A DNA stretch of 32,000 nt, from positions 900,001 through 932,000 of the forward strand of contig NC_004459.3 of the NCBI RefSeq assembly GCF_000039765.1, given 5' to 3'. This DNA comes from Vibrio vulnificus CMCP6. Lineage in GTDB: Bacteria; Pseudomonadota; Gammaproteobacteria; Enterobacterales; Vibrionaceae. The position numbers and the translations under genes are program-made. This document shows, piece after piece, positions 1-9,148 of this stretch (position 1 is its first letter; each line of letters opens with the position of its first letter). The notes beneath the pieces were generated by a model that was given only the letters and a program-made list of their open reading frames with translations, was not told where the DNA came from and made no database searches.

Positions 1-500
1 AGCACGCACGTGCACTAAACGCGTTGACTAACCCATCAACCAACTCGTACAAGCGTCTGGTTCCACACTACGAAGCACCAGTTATGCTAGCTTACTCTGC
101 GCGTAACCGTTCTGCCTCTATCCGTATCCCAGTGGTACCAAGCCCGAAAGCGCGTCGTATCGAAGTTCGCTTCCCAGATCCAGCAGCAAACCCATACCTA
201 GCGTTTGCAGCCATGCTGATGGCTGGTCTTGACGGTATCAAGAACAAGATCCACCCAGGCGAAGCAATGGACAAAGATCTGTACGATCTACCAGCAGAAG
301 AAGCGGCAGAGATTCCAAAAGTAGCGGAATCGCTAAAACAAGCGCTAGAGTACCTAGACAACGACCGTGAGTTCCTAACTGCAGGTGGCGTATTCTCTGA
401 TGATTTCATCGATTCTTACATCGAGCTGAAAACAAAAGAAGTTGAGCGCGTAAACGTTGCGGTTCACCCACTAGAGTTCGAACTATACTACTCAGTATAA
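1..500 (+). CDS. glnA: Glutamine synthetase type I, C-terminal ~165 codons (5' end outside window)
   Basis: Frame 3 is open from nt 3 ([27 protein letters not shown]...) to stop TAA 498-500. It carries the adenylylation-loop motif [10 protein letters not shown] and a GlnA-type C-terminus. It is followed by glnL-glnG as in enterobacteria. Confidence 0.95.
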   Translation, partial: HARALNALTNPSTNSYKRLVPHYEAPVMLAYSARNRSASIRIPVVPSPKARRIEVRFPDPAANPYLAFAAMLMAGLDGIKNKIHPGEAMDKDLYDLPAEEAAEIPKVAESLKQALEYLDNDREFLTAGGVFSDDFIDSYIELKTKEVERVNVAVHPLEFELYYSV

Positions 501-544
501 TTTGCTCACTATGTAAACTTTGTAACCTTAGTTACATCAATTTT

Positions 545-580
545 AAGGCTCGCCTCGCAGGCGAGCCTTTCTTTTATTTT
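545..580 (+). terminator. Rho-independent terminator of glnA
   Basis: 10-bp GC-rich stem AAGGCTCGCC (545-554) / GGCGAGCCTT (560-569) followed by TTTCTTTTATTTT. Confidence 0.8.
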
Positions 581-697
581 CCAAATGTAAACCGAGTAAT
601 AACATAACCTTGCTATAACAAAAACTATATCGGAACCCTGCACTCCGCAGAGGCTTCGTTCTATTAACGTGAACTCGCATCTCTTTGGAGGTGAACA

Positions 698-1234
698 ATG
701 AAATTGCTTTTTGCTCTGGTTCTCTCTTTGAGCGCCCCTTTAGTGTGCGCCCAAACTGTCTACACTTGGGTCGATGACAACGGCGTGCTCCACATGAGCG
801 ATACCCCCAACAATGGCGCGAAAACCGTCAAACTGCCCGATCTCGAAGCCAGTGCCCCCCCTCCTCAAGTGGAATCAACCCAATCTCTCGATAAACCAGC
901 AGAGCTGACCAAAGAGAAACCGAAAAGCCAACAGCAAGAGGCGGTACCTCTTGCGTTGACACTGGCGTCTCCCAGCCACGATGCCACGATTCGCAGTAAT
1001 CAAGGGATCATCACCATTCAGGTTCAAACCAACCGTAAGCTGGACATTGGTGAGCAGCTGCAACTGGTGTTTGATGGCAATCGCTACGGTGCTCCACAAA
1101 CCTCAACATTGTGGCAGCTCAAAAACATCGACCGCGGCACGCACATTATTGCCATTCAGGCCGTACGAAGCGGCAAGCTTATTGCATCAACTAGCCCTAT
1201 ATCAGTGCATCTTCATCGCACCAAGATAAAATAG
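698..1234 (+). CDS. Secreted DUF4124-type protein of unknown function
   Basis: 178-aa ORF with SD GGAGGTG 5 nt upstream. N-terminal signal peptide MKLLFALVLSLSAPLVCAQ. The following YTWVDDNGVLHMSDTP resembles the DUF4124 signature as I recall it. Pro/Gln-rich linker. Confidence 0.7.
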   Translation: MKLLFALVLSLSAPLVCAQTVYTWVDDNGVLHMSDTPNNGAKTVKLPDLEASAPPPQVESTQSLDKPAELTKEKPKSQQQEAVPLALTLASPSHDATIRSNQGIITIQVQTNRKLDIGEQLQLVFDGNRYGAPQTSTLWQLKNIDRGTHIIAIQAVRSGKLIASTSPISVHLHRTKIK

Positions 1235-1316
1235 CGGCTTGCAGGCAATATTAAGTAGCTGATAGACGGAAATTCTCCTTTCTCTTGTCTTTGTAATCCG
1301 CCATACTGAATTCATT

Positions 1317-1333
1317 TGCACCAACTTAGTGCA
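1317..1333. promoter_or_regulatory. NtrC (NRI) binding-site-like palindrome upstream of glnL
   Basis: TGCACCAACTTAGTGCA versus the enterobacterial NtrC consensus TGCACCA-N3-TGGTGCA (one mismatch). It lies 30 nt upstream of the glnL start, where the E. coli glnLp operator lies. Confidence 0.6.
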
Positions 1334-1362
1334 ATGCACCAGAAGATAACAAAGACAAGGAT

Positions 1363-2415
1363 GTGAAGGTGAATTCCGCTCTCTCAAATACCATACTCAG
1401 CAACATGGTGACTGCGACGCTCATCTTGGATGATGAGCTGCAAATACACCACGCCAATCCTGCGGCAGAGCAATTGTTTTCTCAAAGTGCCAAGCGGATT
1501 GTGCACCACCCACTCTCGCAGTTGATTCAGCATGCGTCGCTCGATCTCGCCTTGCTTTCACAGCCATTACAAAGCGGACAAAGCATTACCGACAGTGACG
1601 TCACTTTCGTGGTGGATGGCAAACCTTTGTTGCTGGAGGTTACAGTCAGCCCGATTTCAATCGAAAGAGAGCTGATGCTCTTAATGGAGATGCGTAAAGT
1701 CGACCAACAGCGCCGAATCACTCAGGAGATGAACCAGCACGCCCAACAACAAGCCGCAAAGCTCTTGGTGCGAGGCCTCGCTCATGAAATCAAAAACCCG
1801 CTAGGAGGTCTACGTGGCGCAGCACAACTGCTGGAAAAAATGCTGCCCGATCCTTCATTAACGGAATACACCCAGATCATTATTGAGCAGGCAGACCGAT
1901 TGCGCGCGTTAGTCGACCGGCTACTGGGCCCACAAAAACCGGGCAAAAAACAACAAACCAACCTTCACCAAGTTCTCGAAAAAGTTCGCCAACTTGTGGA
2001 GCTGGAGTCCGAACAAACGCTGGTCATCGAGCGAGACTATGATCCAAGCTTGCCCGATATTTACATTGATGCTGACCAAATAGAGCAGGCGATGCTCAAT
2101 ATCGTTAGCAATGCTTCGCAAATTTTGGCTCACCAAGAGGATGGTAAAATCTCCATTCGCACCAGAACGGTGCATCAGGCCAATATCCATGGCCAACGCT
2201 GCAAAGTGGCGGCCCGGATTGAAATTATGGATAACGGGCCAGGTATCCCCGTTGAGCTTCAAGATACTTTGTTTTACCCCATGGTCAGTGGTCGAGAAGG
2301 CGGGACAGGATTAGGTCTTTCTATTTCTCAAAACCTTATTGATCAGCATAACGGCAAAATTGATGTCGAAAGCTGGCCAGGGCACACCAATTTTACGATT
2401 TATCTGCCAATTTAA
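1363..2415 (+). CDS. glnL: Nitrogen regulation sensor histidine kinase NtrB/NRII
   Basis: 350-aa ORF with a GTG start. The N-terminal PAS-like region (ILDDELQIHHANPAAEQLF) aligns with E. coli NtrB. H-box LAHEIKNPLGG. C-terminal ATPase G-boxes (DNGPGIP, GGTGLGLS). Confidence 0.92.
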   Translation: MKVNSALSNTILSNMVTATLILDDELQIHHANPAAEQLFSQSAKRIVHHPLSQLIQHASLDLALLSQPLQSGQSITDSDVTFVVDGKPLLLEVTVSPISIERELMLLMEMRKVDQQRRITQEMNQHAQQQAAKLLVRGLAHEIKNPLGGLRGAAQLLEKMLPDPSLTEYTQIIIEQADRLRALVDRLLGPQKPGKKQQTNLHQVLEKVRQLVELESEQTLVIERDYDPSLPDIYIDADQIEQAMLNIVSNASQILAHQEDGKISIRTRTVHQANIHGQRCKVAARIEIMDNGPGIPVELQDTLFYPMVSGREGGTGLGLSISQNLIDQHNGKIDVESWPGHTNFTIYLPI

Positions 2416-2433
2416 CGCTGCAAGGAATACGTC

Positions 2434-3843
2434 ATGAGTAAAGGCTATGTTTGGGTTGTCGACGACGACAGTTCGATTCGCTGGGTAATGGAAAAAACCT
2501 TATCCTCTGCCAACATCAAATGCGAAACCTACGCCAACGGCGAAAGTGTATTGATGGCGTTAGAACGTGAAGTCCCGGATGTTTTAGTCTCCGATATTCG
2601 CATGCCAGGCATCGATGGCATTGAACTGCTGCGTCAAGTGCATGAGAAGTGCCCGAATTTGCCCGTCATCATCATGACGGCACATTCGGATTTGGATGCG
2701 GCGGTTAACGCGTACCAAAAAGGGGCGTTTGAGTACCTGCCAAAACCCTTCGATATCGATGAGACGCTGACGCTGGTTGAGCGCGCCATCGCGCATGGCC
2801 AAGAACAAAAGCGTGAACAAATGGCTTCAGCGCAGACCCACACCGCGCACACCCCAGAAATCATCGGTGAAGCACCGGCGATGCAAGAGGTTTTCCGCGC
2901 CATTGGTCGCCTGTCTCGCTCTTCCATTTCAGTGCTGATTAACGGTGAGTCAGGCACTGGTAAAGAGCTCGTCGCCCATGCTTTGCACCGCCACAGTCCT
3001 CGCTCAAGCAAACCCTTTATTGCGTTGAACATGGCAGCCATCCCAAAGGATTTGATTGAGTCCGAACTGTTTGGCCACGAAAAAGGCGCGTTTACAGGTG
3101 CCAACTCGGTGCGCCAAGGTCGATTTGAACAGGCCAACGGGGGCACGTTGTTTCTCGATGAGATCGGCGACATGCCGCTTGATATTCAAACCCGCCTCCT
3201 GCGCGTGCTCGCAGACGGTCAGTTCTATCGTGTCGGTGGCCACTCACCAATTAAAGTGGATGTCCGTATTGTCGCGGCGACCCATCAAAACCTCGAACGT
3301 TTGGTGCAACAAGGCAAATTTCGTGAAGACCTTTTTCACCGCCTCAATGTCATTCGCGTGCAGATCCCAGCCCTTCGCGAGCGCAAGCAAGACATCGAAA
3401 AACTGACCCAGCACTTCTTGCTGCGAGCCGCAGAAGAGCTCGGTGTAGAAGCCAAAACACTGCATGGCAGCACTGTGGAAATACTTAACCGTTTGAACTG
3501 GCCAGGCAACGTACGTCAGTTGGAAAACATTTGTCGCTGGCTTACCGTAATGGCCAGTGGCAGTGAAGTGTTGCCAAGTGATTTACCTAGCGAGTTGGTC
3601 AATGAAAAACGCGTGGTGGATGACAACAACGCTTCTGGCACTTGGCAAGAAACCTTGTCGAACTGGGCTGAGCACGCATTGGAATCTGGAGAAAAAGAAC
3701 TGCTGGCTTATGCACTTCCTCAATTCGAACGTATACTGTTAGAAGCAGCACTAAAGCACACCAATGGACACAAGCAGGATGCCGCCAAGGTTTTAGGCTG
3801 GGGACGCAACACGTTGACGAGAAAACTAAAAGAGCTGTACTAA
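2434..3843 (+). CDS. glnG: Sigma-54-dependent response regulator NtrC/NRI
   Basis: 469 aa. Receiver domain (VLVSDIRMPGIDG), AAA+ Walker A GESGTGKE, sigma-54 contact motif GAFTGA, and a C-terminal Fis-type HTH (AAKVLGWGRNTLTRKLKEL). Confidence 0.95.
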   Translation: MSKGYVWVVDDDSSIRWVMEKTLSSANIKCETYANGESVLMALEREVPDVLVSDIRMPGIDGIELLRQVHEKCPNLPVIIMTAHSDLDAAVNAYQKGAFEYLPKPFDIDETLTLVERAIAHGQEQKREQMASAQTHTAHTPEIIGEAPAMQEVFRAIGRLSRSSISVLINGESGTGKELVAHALHRHSPRSSKPFIALNMAAIPKDLIESELFGHEKGAFTGANSVRQGRFEQANGGTLFLDEIGDMPLDIQTRLLRVLADGQFYRVGGHSPIKVDVRIVAATHQNLERLVQQGKFREDLFHRLNVIRVQIPALRERKQDIEKLTQHFLLRAAEELGVEAKTLHGSTVEILNRLNWPGNVRQLENICRWLTVMASGSEVLPSDLPSELVNEKRVVDDNNASGTWQETLSNWAEHALESGEKELLAYALPQFERILLEAALKHTNGHKQDAAKVLGWGRNTLTRKLKELY

Positions 3844-3960
3844 CCACACTCACCCGATACCGTCGCGTCTGCCCATTTGGCTTATTCGGTTTTGCGCCTT
3901 TTTTCGACACGTTCGAACACAGGTGCAAACCCCAAGCACTCAAGGAGAGACGCTTTTTCT

Positions 3961-6492
3961 ATGTACGAGCTCAACGACAGCAGCAAAATTTCTCTCAAAG
4001 CAGCAGTCATCACCCCTTTTGTGGTGATTTTTCTCTTATCGATCAGCTTAGTCATTCTCGTTCAACGACACAGCTATGAACGTGCCGTGGTTGATCTCAG
4101 TAACAAGCAACTCTCTGCGTTAACGGAGAATGTACAAACTCATCTCACTGAGTATTTAGGCGCACCGTTTGATGCAGGTTTGGCGATGGCACACACCATC
4201 AGCTTCAATCACCTCTACAAAGCTGATGATACCTCACAGTTGCAAGACTATTTTTTGAATGCTTTTCAAACCCTGTACGCCGATATCCCACAACTGGATG
4301 TGATTGGCTTTGGCTCGGAAGCAGCGGATTACATCGGCTTTCGCAAAGAGAGCAACGGCACACACACATTAATGATTCAAGATGACCGCACCGACAGCAA
4401 ATTGGTCATTTATCGCGGCGATCAAATCAGCAAAGAGATTGTCTCGGTGATCCCCAACTACGATCCGCGCGTGCGACCTTGGTACGCACCCGTTGCTGAA
4501 AAGCGCCAAGTGATGTGGTCATCCATCTATGCTAATGCTGACGAGCGCCAAGAAATCACGCTTTCCGCCCTCTCGCCGGTTTACGACAAGCAACATTTTG
4601 TCGGCGTGATGGTTACTGACATTCGCATCAATACCTTCAACGCGTTTTTAAATCGCTTGCAGGAGAAAACCAAGGCGACCGTCTACATCATGGATAACGA
4701 TCAGCGCCTCGTCGCACATTCCGCTCAAGGCAGCGTGGTGTCATGGGGGACCGAGTGGTCGAAAAAGGGCGACCGACTGTTAGCCACCGAAAGTGCCGAC
4801 CCTATCATTAAGCAGCACGCAGAACGAGCGAAAGCAGAACGCATGTTGCAACATGAAGAGGCACAACAATTTGAGTTCGAAACCAAGAATGAACGTTATT
4901 TCAGCCTCTTGTCGCCATACACCGACCAATATGGCCTCACGTGGTTTATTGGCATTTCCATCTCTGAAACCGAGCTTCTTGGCGTATTGCCGAAGTCACA
5001 ACAGCAAAGCTGGCTGATCGGCATACTGGTAAGTGCGATTGGGATGTCTTTCTGCTTAGTCATTTTCAGCCGTATCACTCGTCCTATTACGGCCACCGCC
5101 ACGGCAGCAAGAAATTTGGCCAACGGCAATTGGGATAGCTCAATGCCAAAACCTGGCCGCATTCATGAAACCAGCTTACTGGTCAACGCCTTTAACGAAA
5201 TGGCCAATAACCTCAAAGCGTCCTTTAAAGCCCTGCATAATCAACTGGTGTTTGATTCCCTGACCAAGCTGTACAGCCGAGAAGGATTGATTGATGTAAG
5301 TAAGCGCAAACTTACTGAGTCTGGCAGTTTATTTATGCTTGGGGTTAATCGCTTTCGCGATATCAACGACAGCTTGGGACATCACAACGGTGACCAACTG
5401 CTGATCAAAGTCTCCGAACGAATCCAAACCTTGTTTGACGATCAGTTTTTGCTCGCTCGCACAGGAGGAGACGAATTTGCGATATACGCTCCCCACATCA
5501 ATCAAAGCGAAGAAGTGACGTTGACGGTGAATCGCCTTCAGCAACTCTTCATTGCCCCGTTTTATATGAATGATGAAAGTGTGGTGATGAAGGTGTCGAT
5601 TGGTGTCGTGATCACCGACAGTGATAGCAACATGACACGCTGGCTACGGAATGGCAGCATCGCACTGAGCAATGCAAAACAAGATGTTTCGGGCGTCAGT
5701 TACTATCGTCCTGAAATGGCCGACGCTTCGAAATTTCGCACTCAAATGCTGGCAAAAATCCAAGATGGTATCGACAGCCAAGAATTTATCCCCTATTACC
5801 AACCCATTATTGAGCTTAAGAGCGGCAAAGTGATCGGTGCTGAAGCACTGGCACGCTGGCTCAGCAAACAAGGAATTATCTCCCCACTCGATTTTATCCC
5901 TATCGCAGAAGACAGTGGCCTGATTCAAAAAATTGGCAGTCAGATTTTACGCCAAGCCTGCCATGATTGCGCCAAAGCGATCGCCGCTCAGCACTGGGAT
6001 GCTCGCTTTCAACTGCATGTGAACATTTCCGTCAATCAACTGCTTCGCGATGACTTTGTCGCTGAGGTTTCGCAAATTTTGCAGGAAACGGGGTTAGCTG
6101 CCACTAACCTTACGTTGGAAATCACCGAGTCGCGCTTGGTTGAAAGCGCACATGGCACATTAGACAACATGCACAAGCTCCGTGCTTTGGGCATTAGCAT
6201 TGCCATTGACGATTTTGGTACTGGCTATTCCTCTCTCGCCTATCTGCATTCGCTGCCGTTTGATTGCCTGAAGATAGACCGAACGTTTGTCGAAAAATTA
6301 AATCGCCAAGAAATCAACAATTCCGTTGTCGCCGCGGTGGTGAACATTACTAAAGGGTTCAACGTTAATGTTGTGGCTGAAGGGGTTGAAACCAGCTTGC
6401 AAGCCGAGCTGCTGATGGAGTTAGGATGCACCCTAGCGCAAGGTTATCTCTATAGCCGCCCGGTGCCATTTGATGAGTGGCCATCGCTATAA
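3961..6492 (+). CDS. Membrane sensor with periplasmic Cache-like domain, HAMP, GGDEF and EAL domains (c-di-GMP turnover)
   Basis: I chose ATG 3961 (AAGGAGA upstream, followed by a TM helix AVITPFVVIFLLSISLVILV) over the track start 3877. Second TM at about aa 345-365, then a HAMP-like linker. GGDEF at nt 5464-5478, EAL at 5842-5850, DDFGTGYSSL and EGVET motifs present. Confidence 0.9.
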   Translation: MYELNDSSKISLKAAVITPFVVIFLLSISLVILVQRHSYERAVVDLSNKQLSALTENVQTHLTEYLGAPFDAGLAMAHTISFNHLYKADDTSQLQDYFLNAFQTLYADIPQLDVIGFGSEAADYIGFRKESNGTHTLMIQDDRTDSKLVIYRGDQISKEIVSVIPNYDPRVRPWYAPVAEKRQVMWSSIYANADERQEITLSALSPVYDKQHFVGVMVTDIRINTFNAFLNRLQEKTKATVYIMDNDQRLVAHSAQGSVVSWGTEWSKKGDRLLATESADPIIKQHAERAKAERMLQHEEAQQFEFETKNERYFSLLSPYTDQYGLTWFIGISISETELLGVLPKSQQQSWLIGILVSAIGMSFCLVIFSRITRPITATATAARNLANGNWDSSMPKPGRIHETSLLVNAFNEMANNLKASFKALHNQLVFDSLTKLYSREGLIDVSKRKLTESGSLFMLGVNRFRDINDSLGHHNGDQLLIKVSERIQTLFDDQFLLARTGGDEFAIYAPHINQSEEVTLTVNRLQQLFIAPFYMNDESVVMKVSIGVVITDSDSNMTRWLRNGSIALSNAKQDVSGVSYYRPEMADASKFRTQMLAKIQDGIDSQEFIPYYQPIIELKSGKVIGAEALARWLSKQGIISPLDFIPIAEDSGLIQKIGSQILRQACHDCAKAIAAQHWDARFQLHVNISVNQLLRDDFVAEVSQILQETGLAATNLTLEITESRLVESAHGTLDNMHKLRALGISIAIDDFGTGYSSLAYLHSLPFDCLKIDRTFVEKLNRQEINNSVVAAVVNITKGFNVNVVAEGVETSLQAELLMELGCTLAQGYLYSRPVPFDEWPSL

Positions 6493-6514
6493 GCACAAAC
6501 CGTTGAGATACATT

Positions 6515-6546
6515 AAAAATGCCAGCGTTTTCGCTGGCATTTGTAT
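6515..6546. terminator. Bidirectional hairpin between convergent GGDEF-EAL gene and hemN
   Basis: Stem AATGCCAGCG (6518-6527) / CGCTGGCATT (6532-6541), loop TTTT. A-run on the left and T-rich sequence on the right. Confidence 0.7.
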
Positions 6547-6569
6547 TTAAAGAGGCATCGATGCTGTGT

Positions 6570-7961
6570 TTAGATCACACGAGAAAACTGCTGCTGACGC
6601 GCTTTGGCTCGCAAGTACTTATCAAAGCACATACAGATATTGCGAATAAGCAAACGGCCACGAAGTGTCACGCGGATCGCTTGTTCATCCACTTCCACCA
6701 GCGCATCATCAATAAAGGTCTGTAGCAATTGTAGGTCTTCTTTAAAGTACTGATTGAACGTCACGGCAAACTGCTTCTCAATCGCCACTTTGTCGAGTTT
6801 GAAGTTACAAATCAGCTGTTTGATCACTTCTCGACGCAATAAATCGTCACCATCCAGCGCAACACCCTTCCACAGAGCATGACGTAAATCATTCACTTGT
6901 GCATAGTACTTTTTCAGCTCTTTTTGGTTTTGCGCATAGGCATCGCCAATCATGGAAATGGCCGATACACCAAAGCCAACCAAGTCACACTCTCCTTGCG
7001 TTGTGTAGCCTTGAAAGTTGCGATGCAGCACGCCATTACGCTGAGCCACCGCCAGTTCATCGTCAGGCAACGCAAAGTGGTCCATGCCGATGAATTGATA
7101 GCCCGCATCGGTCAACGTCGCGATGGTGTTTTGCAGAATCGCCATTTTCTCTTCCGCTTTCGGCAGATCTTCATCTTTGATTTTGCGCTGCGCAGCAAAA
7201 AGCTGAGGCATGTGAGCGTAGTTAAACACCGACAATCGGCCTGGCTGCATGCTGAGGACTTGTTCTAACGTTTTGGCAAAAGAATCTCGATCTTGCTTAG
7301 GCAAACCGTAAATCAAGTCAAGGTTGGTTGAACGGAAGCCGAGCTGCTTCGCGCGCTCAACCATCGCGAAAATAAATGCTTCATCTTGCTCGCGATTGAC
7401 CAGCTTTTGCACTTCTTTGTTGAAGTCTTGCACACCGATACTCAGGCGGTTAAAGCCTTCTGCACGTAGGTGACCCAGCATTTCCAACGCAATTTCTCGT
7501 GGGTCAACTTCAATACTGATTTCGGCTTCCGCTGTGAAGGTGAACTCTTCACGCAGCAGTGTCATCAAGCGGGTGATTTGCTTAGCACTAAGAAATGTTG
7601 GTGTACCACCACCAAAATGCAATTGCGTTACGCGACGACCTTGCAGTAAAGACGCACGTTGGCGAATCTCATGCTCCAACACATCCAAATACTCATCCGC
7701 TTTGTGCGAATGGCGTGTTATCACCTTATTACAGCCACAGTAGTAGCACAGCTTATGGCAAAACGGGATGTGAATGTACAGGGATAGCGGTCGCTCTGGG
7801 TATTGCGTGCAAGCCATATCGTAGTCAGAAATGGTAAATGCTTCATGAAACTCAAGCGCCGTTGGGTAAGACGTATAACGCGGACCTGAATAGTTATATT
7901 TGTCTAATACCGCTTGGTCCCAAACAATTTGTTGGTTCGATTCAAGGTTCTGATTCGACAT
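6570..7961 (-). CDS. hemN: Oxygen-independent coproporphyrinogen III oxidase (radical SAM)
   Basis: 463 aa, near end-to-end colinear with E. coli HemN (YNYSGPRYTSYPTA, radical-SAM CHKLCYYCGC, C-terminal MCFDKYLR...QQFSRVI). Confidence 0.95.
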   Translation of the reverse strand: MSNQNLESNQQIVWDQAVLDKYNYSGPRYTSYPTALEFHEAFTISDYDMACTQYPERPLSLYIHIPFCHKLCYYCGCNKVITRHSHKADEYLDVLEHEIRQRASLLQGRRVTQLHFGGGTPTFLSAKQITRLMTLLREEFTFTAEAEISIEVDPREIALEMLGHLRAEGFNRLSIGVQDFNKEVQKLVNREQDEAFIFAMVERAKQLGFRSTNLDLIYGLPKQDRDSFAKTLEQVLSMQPGRLSVFNYAHMPQLFAAQRKIKDEDLPKAEEKMAILQNTIATLTDAGYQFIGMDHFALPDDELAVAQRNGVLHRNFQGYTTQGECDLVGFGVSAISMIGDAYAQNQKELKKYYAQVNDLRHALWKGVALDGDDLLRREVIKQLICNFKLDKVAIEKQFAVTFNQYFKEDLQLLQTFIDDALVEVDEQAIRVTLRGRLLIRNICMCFDKYLRAKARQQQFSRVI

Positions 7962-8076
7962 GGTGGTACTTCCATAAAATGCTGTGGGGCGCTATTTTGC
8001 CACATCAATGAGACGCTCATGGCGCTGTGATATGGCTTTTTTATCGCCAATTTTTAGAAGTGCTAGCCTGATCACG

Positions 8077-8102
8077 ATAGCCCTACTCAAAAGTAGGGCT
8101 AT
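8077..8102 (-). terminator. Hairpin directly after the stop of the 8106-8594 gene (possible terminator)
   Basis: Perfect 11-bp stem ATAGCCCTACT / AGTAGGGCTAT with a 4-nt loop, 3 nt after the stop. No clear U-run follows on the minus strand, hence low confidence. Confidence 0.4.
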
Positions 8103-8105
8103 GGA

Positions 8106-8594
8106 TTAGATCATCTGAATATGGATTTGATTATTCAGCGGCTTCACTTTCTGTTGCAGAGTTTTTAACTCTTCAATCACCGCTTCGCTGAGGCGACCTT
8201 CCGCTTTGTGGCGCTCAAGGTTTTGCTTCATGCGTTGCTGTTTCTCCAGCTTTTGTCTCTCTTCGCCACGCGCCATATCTTTTACGATGTGGTAAAGCTC
8301 CGCAATGGCGGGATAAGTGGCATCGAAGTCGACGCGTTCCTCACCTTGAACGTAGTCCATGATGCAATAAACCCGAATCGCAATTTCGGATAAGTCACAC
8401 TGACCCTGAATGCCCGCAAGGCATAGGGTATTTACGCTATCAAAGATATTGGCGTTGCGCTTCTCTATCGCCAATTTTTGATGCTGGAGCTGCAACTCCT
8501 TTTGCTTTTTAAGCTGGAGTAGAAGGTAACCAGCATACGACGCTAAACCAAGAATGATTGCGCCACCAAGAATGGCCAGTAGGGTTACACTCAT
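8106..8594 (-). CDS. Membrane-anchored hypothetical protein (possibly DUF2489 family)
   Basis: 162 aa with an N-terminal TM helix LLAILGGAIILGLASYAGYLLL followed by a charged coiled-coil-like region. It starts 8 nt after the yihI stop, suggesting the same operon. The family assignment is from memory only. Confidence 0.7.
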   Translation of the reverse strand: MSVTLLAILGGAIILGLASYAGYLLLQLKKQKELQLQHQKLAIEKRNANIFDSVNTLCLAGIQGQCDLSEIAIRVYCIMDYVQGEERVDFDATYPAIAELYHIVKDMARGEERQKLEKQQRMKQNLERHKAEGRLSEAVIEELKTLQQKVKPLNNQIHIQMI

Positions 8595-8602
8595 CCGTTC
8601 GC

Positions 8603-9148
8603 TTATCCTTTGTAATCATCCATATCAAAGTCTTCAAAATCCGCCAGCAGATCATCATCAGAGCGTGATTTGCGCACTGGTGCTTCTTCTTCAAACTCTT
8701 CTTCCGCTTCTGGCTCTAGCAGACCAAGCTGGCTCATCAACTGCTCGATGCGATCCAGTTTTTCATCCACGTATTGCTGTAGACCACGGCCTAGGTTTTC
8801 ACCTGATTCGATGCGGTCAAGCAACACGTTCAGTTTCGCATCATTTTCGAGCATCTCGAGCTCTTGTTCTGCAGACAGACGACGCTCTTGTTTCGTCAGC
8901 TTTTTCGCTGGCTCAACAATCAATGGAATTTTCTTTTTGCTGCCTAAACGCGGATCACGAACCTGCGAAGAGCCGTGTTTTTGCTGCGCACCTTCTTCCG
9001 AATTGCGACCGCCCGCTTTTAGGCCTTTACGTTTTTTATCTTTCTTGCGTAAACGACCAGCAACATCTGACTCTGAACGATTACGGGTAACCATAAATTC
9101 CGGGGCGCCAGCGGCACCCGGCTTTCTCGATTTTTTCTTACGACTCAT
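8603..9148 (-). CDS. yihI: Der GTPase-activating protein YihI
   Basis: 181 aa. Basic N-terminus (MSRKKKSRKPG...), central RLGSKKKIPL and AEQELEMLENDAKLNVLLDRIE segments, and an acidic C-terminus all parallel E. coli YihI. Confidence 0.9.
   Translation of the reverse strand: MSRKKKSRKPGAAGAPEFMVTRNRSESDVAGRLRKKDKKRKGLKAGGRNSEEGAQQKHGSSQVRDPRLGSKKKIPLIVEPAKKLTKQERRLSAEQELEMLENDAKLNVLLDRIESGENLGRGLQQYVDEKLDRIEQLMSQLGLLEPEAEEEFEEEAPVRKSRSDDDLLADFEDFDMDDYKG

Noticed and set aside
501-1362. Sigma-54 (GG-N10-GC) promoters upstream of the DUF4124 gene or glnL.
   Set aside because: No TGGCAC-N5-TTGC-like element was seen by eye. The GGAACCCTGCAC at about 643-654 has the wrong spacing.
3877-3960. Upstream start (3877) for the GGDEF-EAL gene.
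   Set aside because: The extra 28 residues are non-homologous-looking and precede the SD AAGGAGA. The first TM helix follows ATG 3961.
7962-8105. FNR/Anr box (TTGAT-N4-ATCAA) in the hemN upstream region.
   Set aside because: The best candidate, TTGATGTGGCAAAA on the minus strand, matches only one half-site. This is not enough to call.
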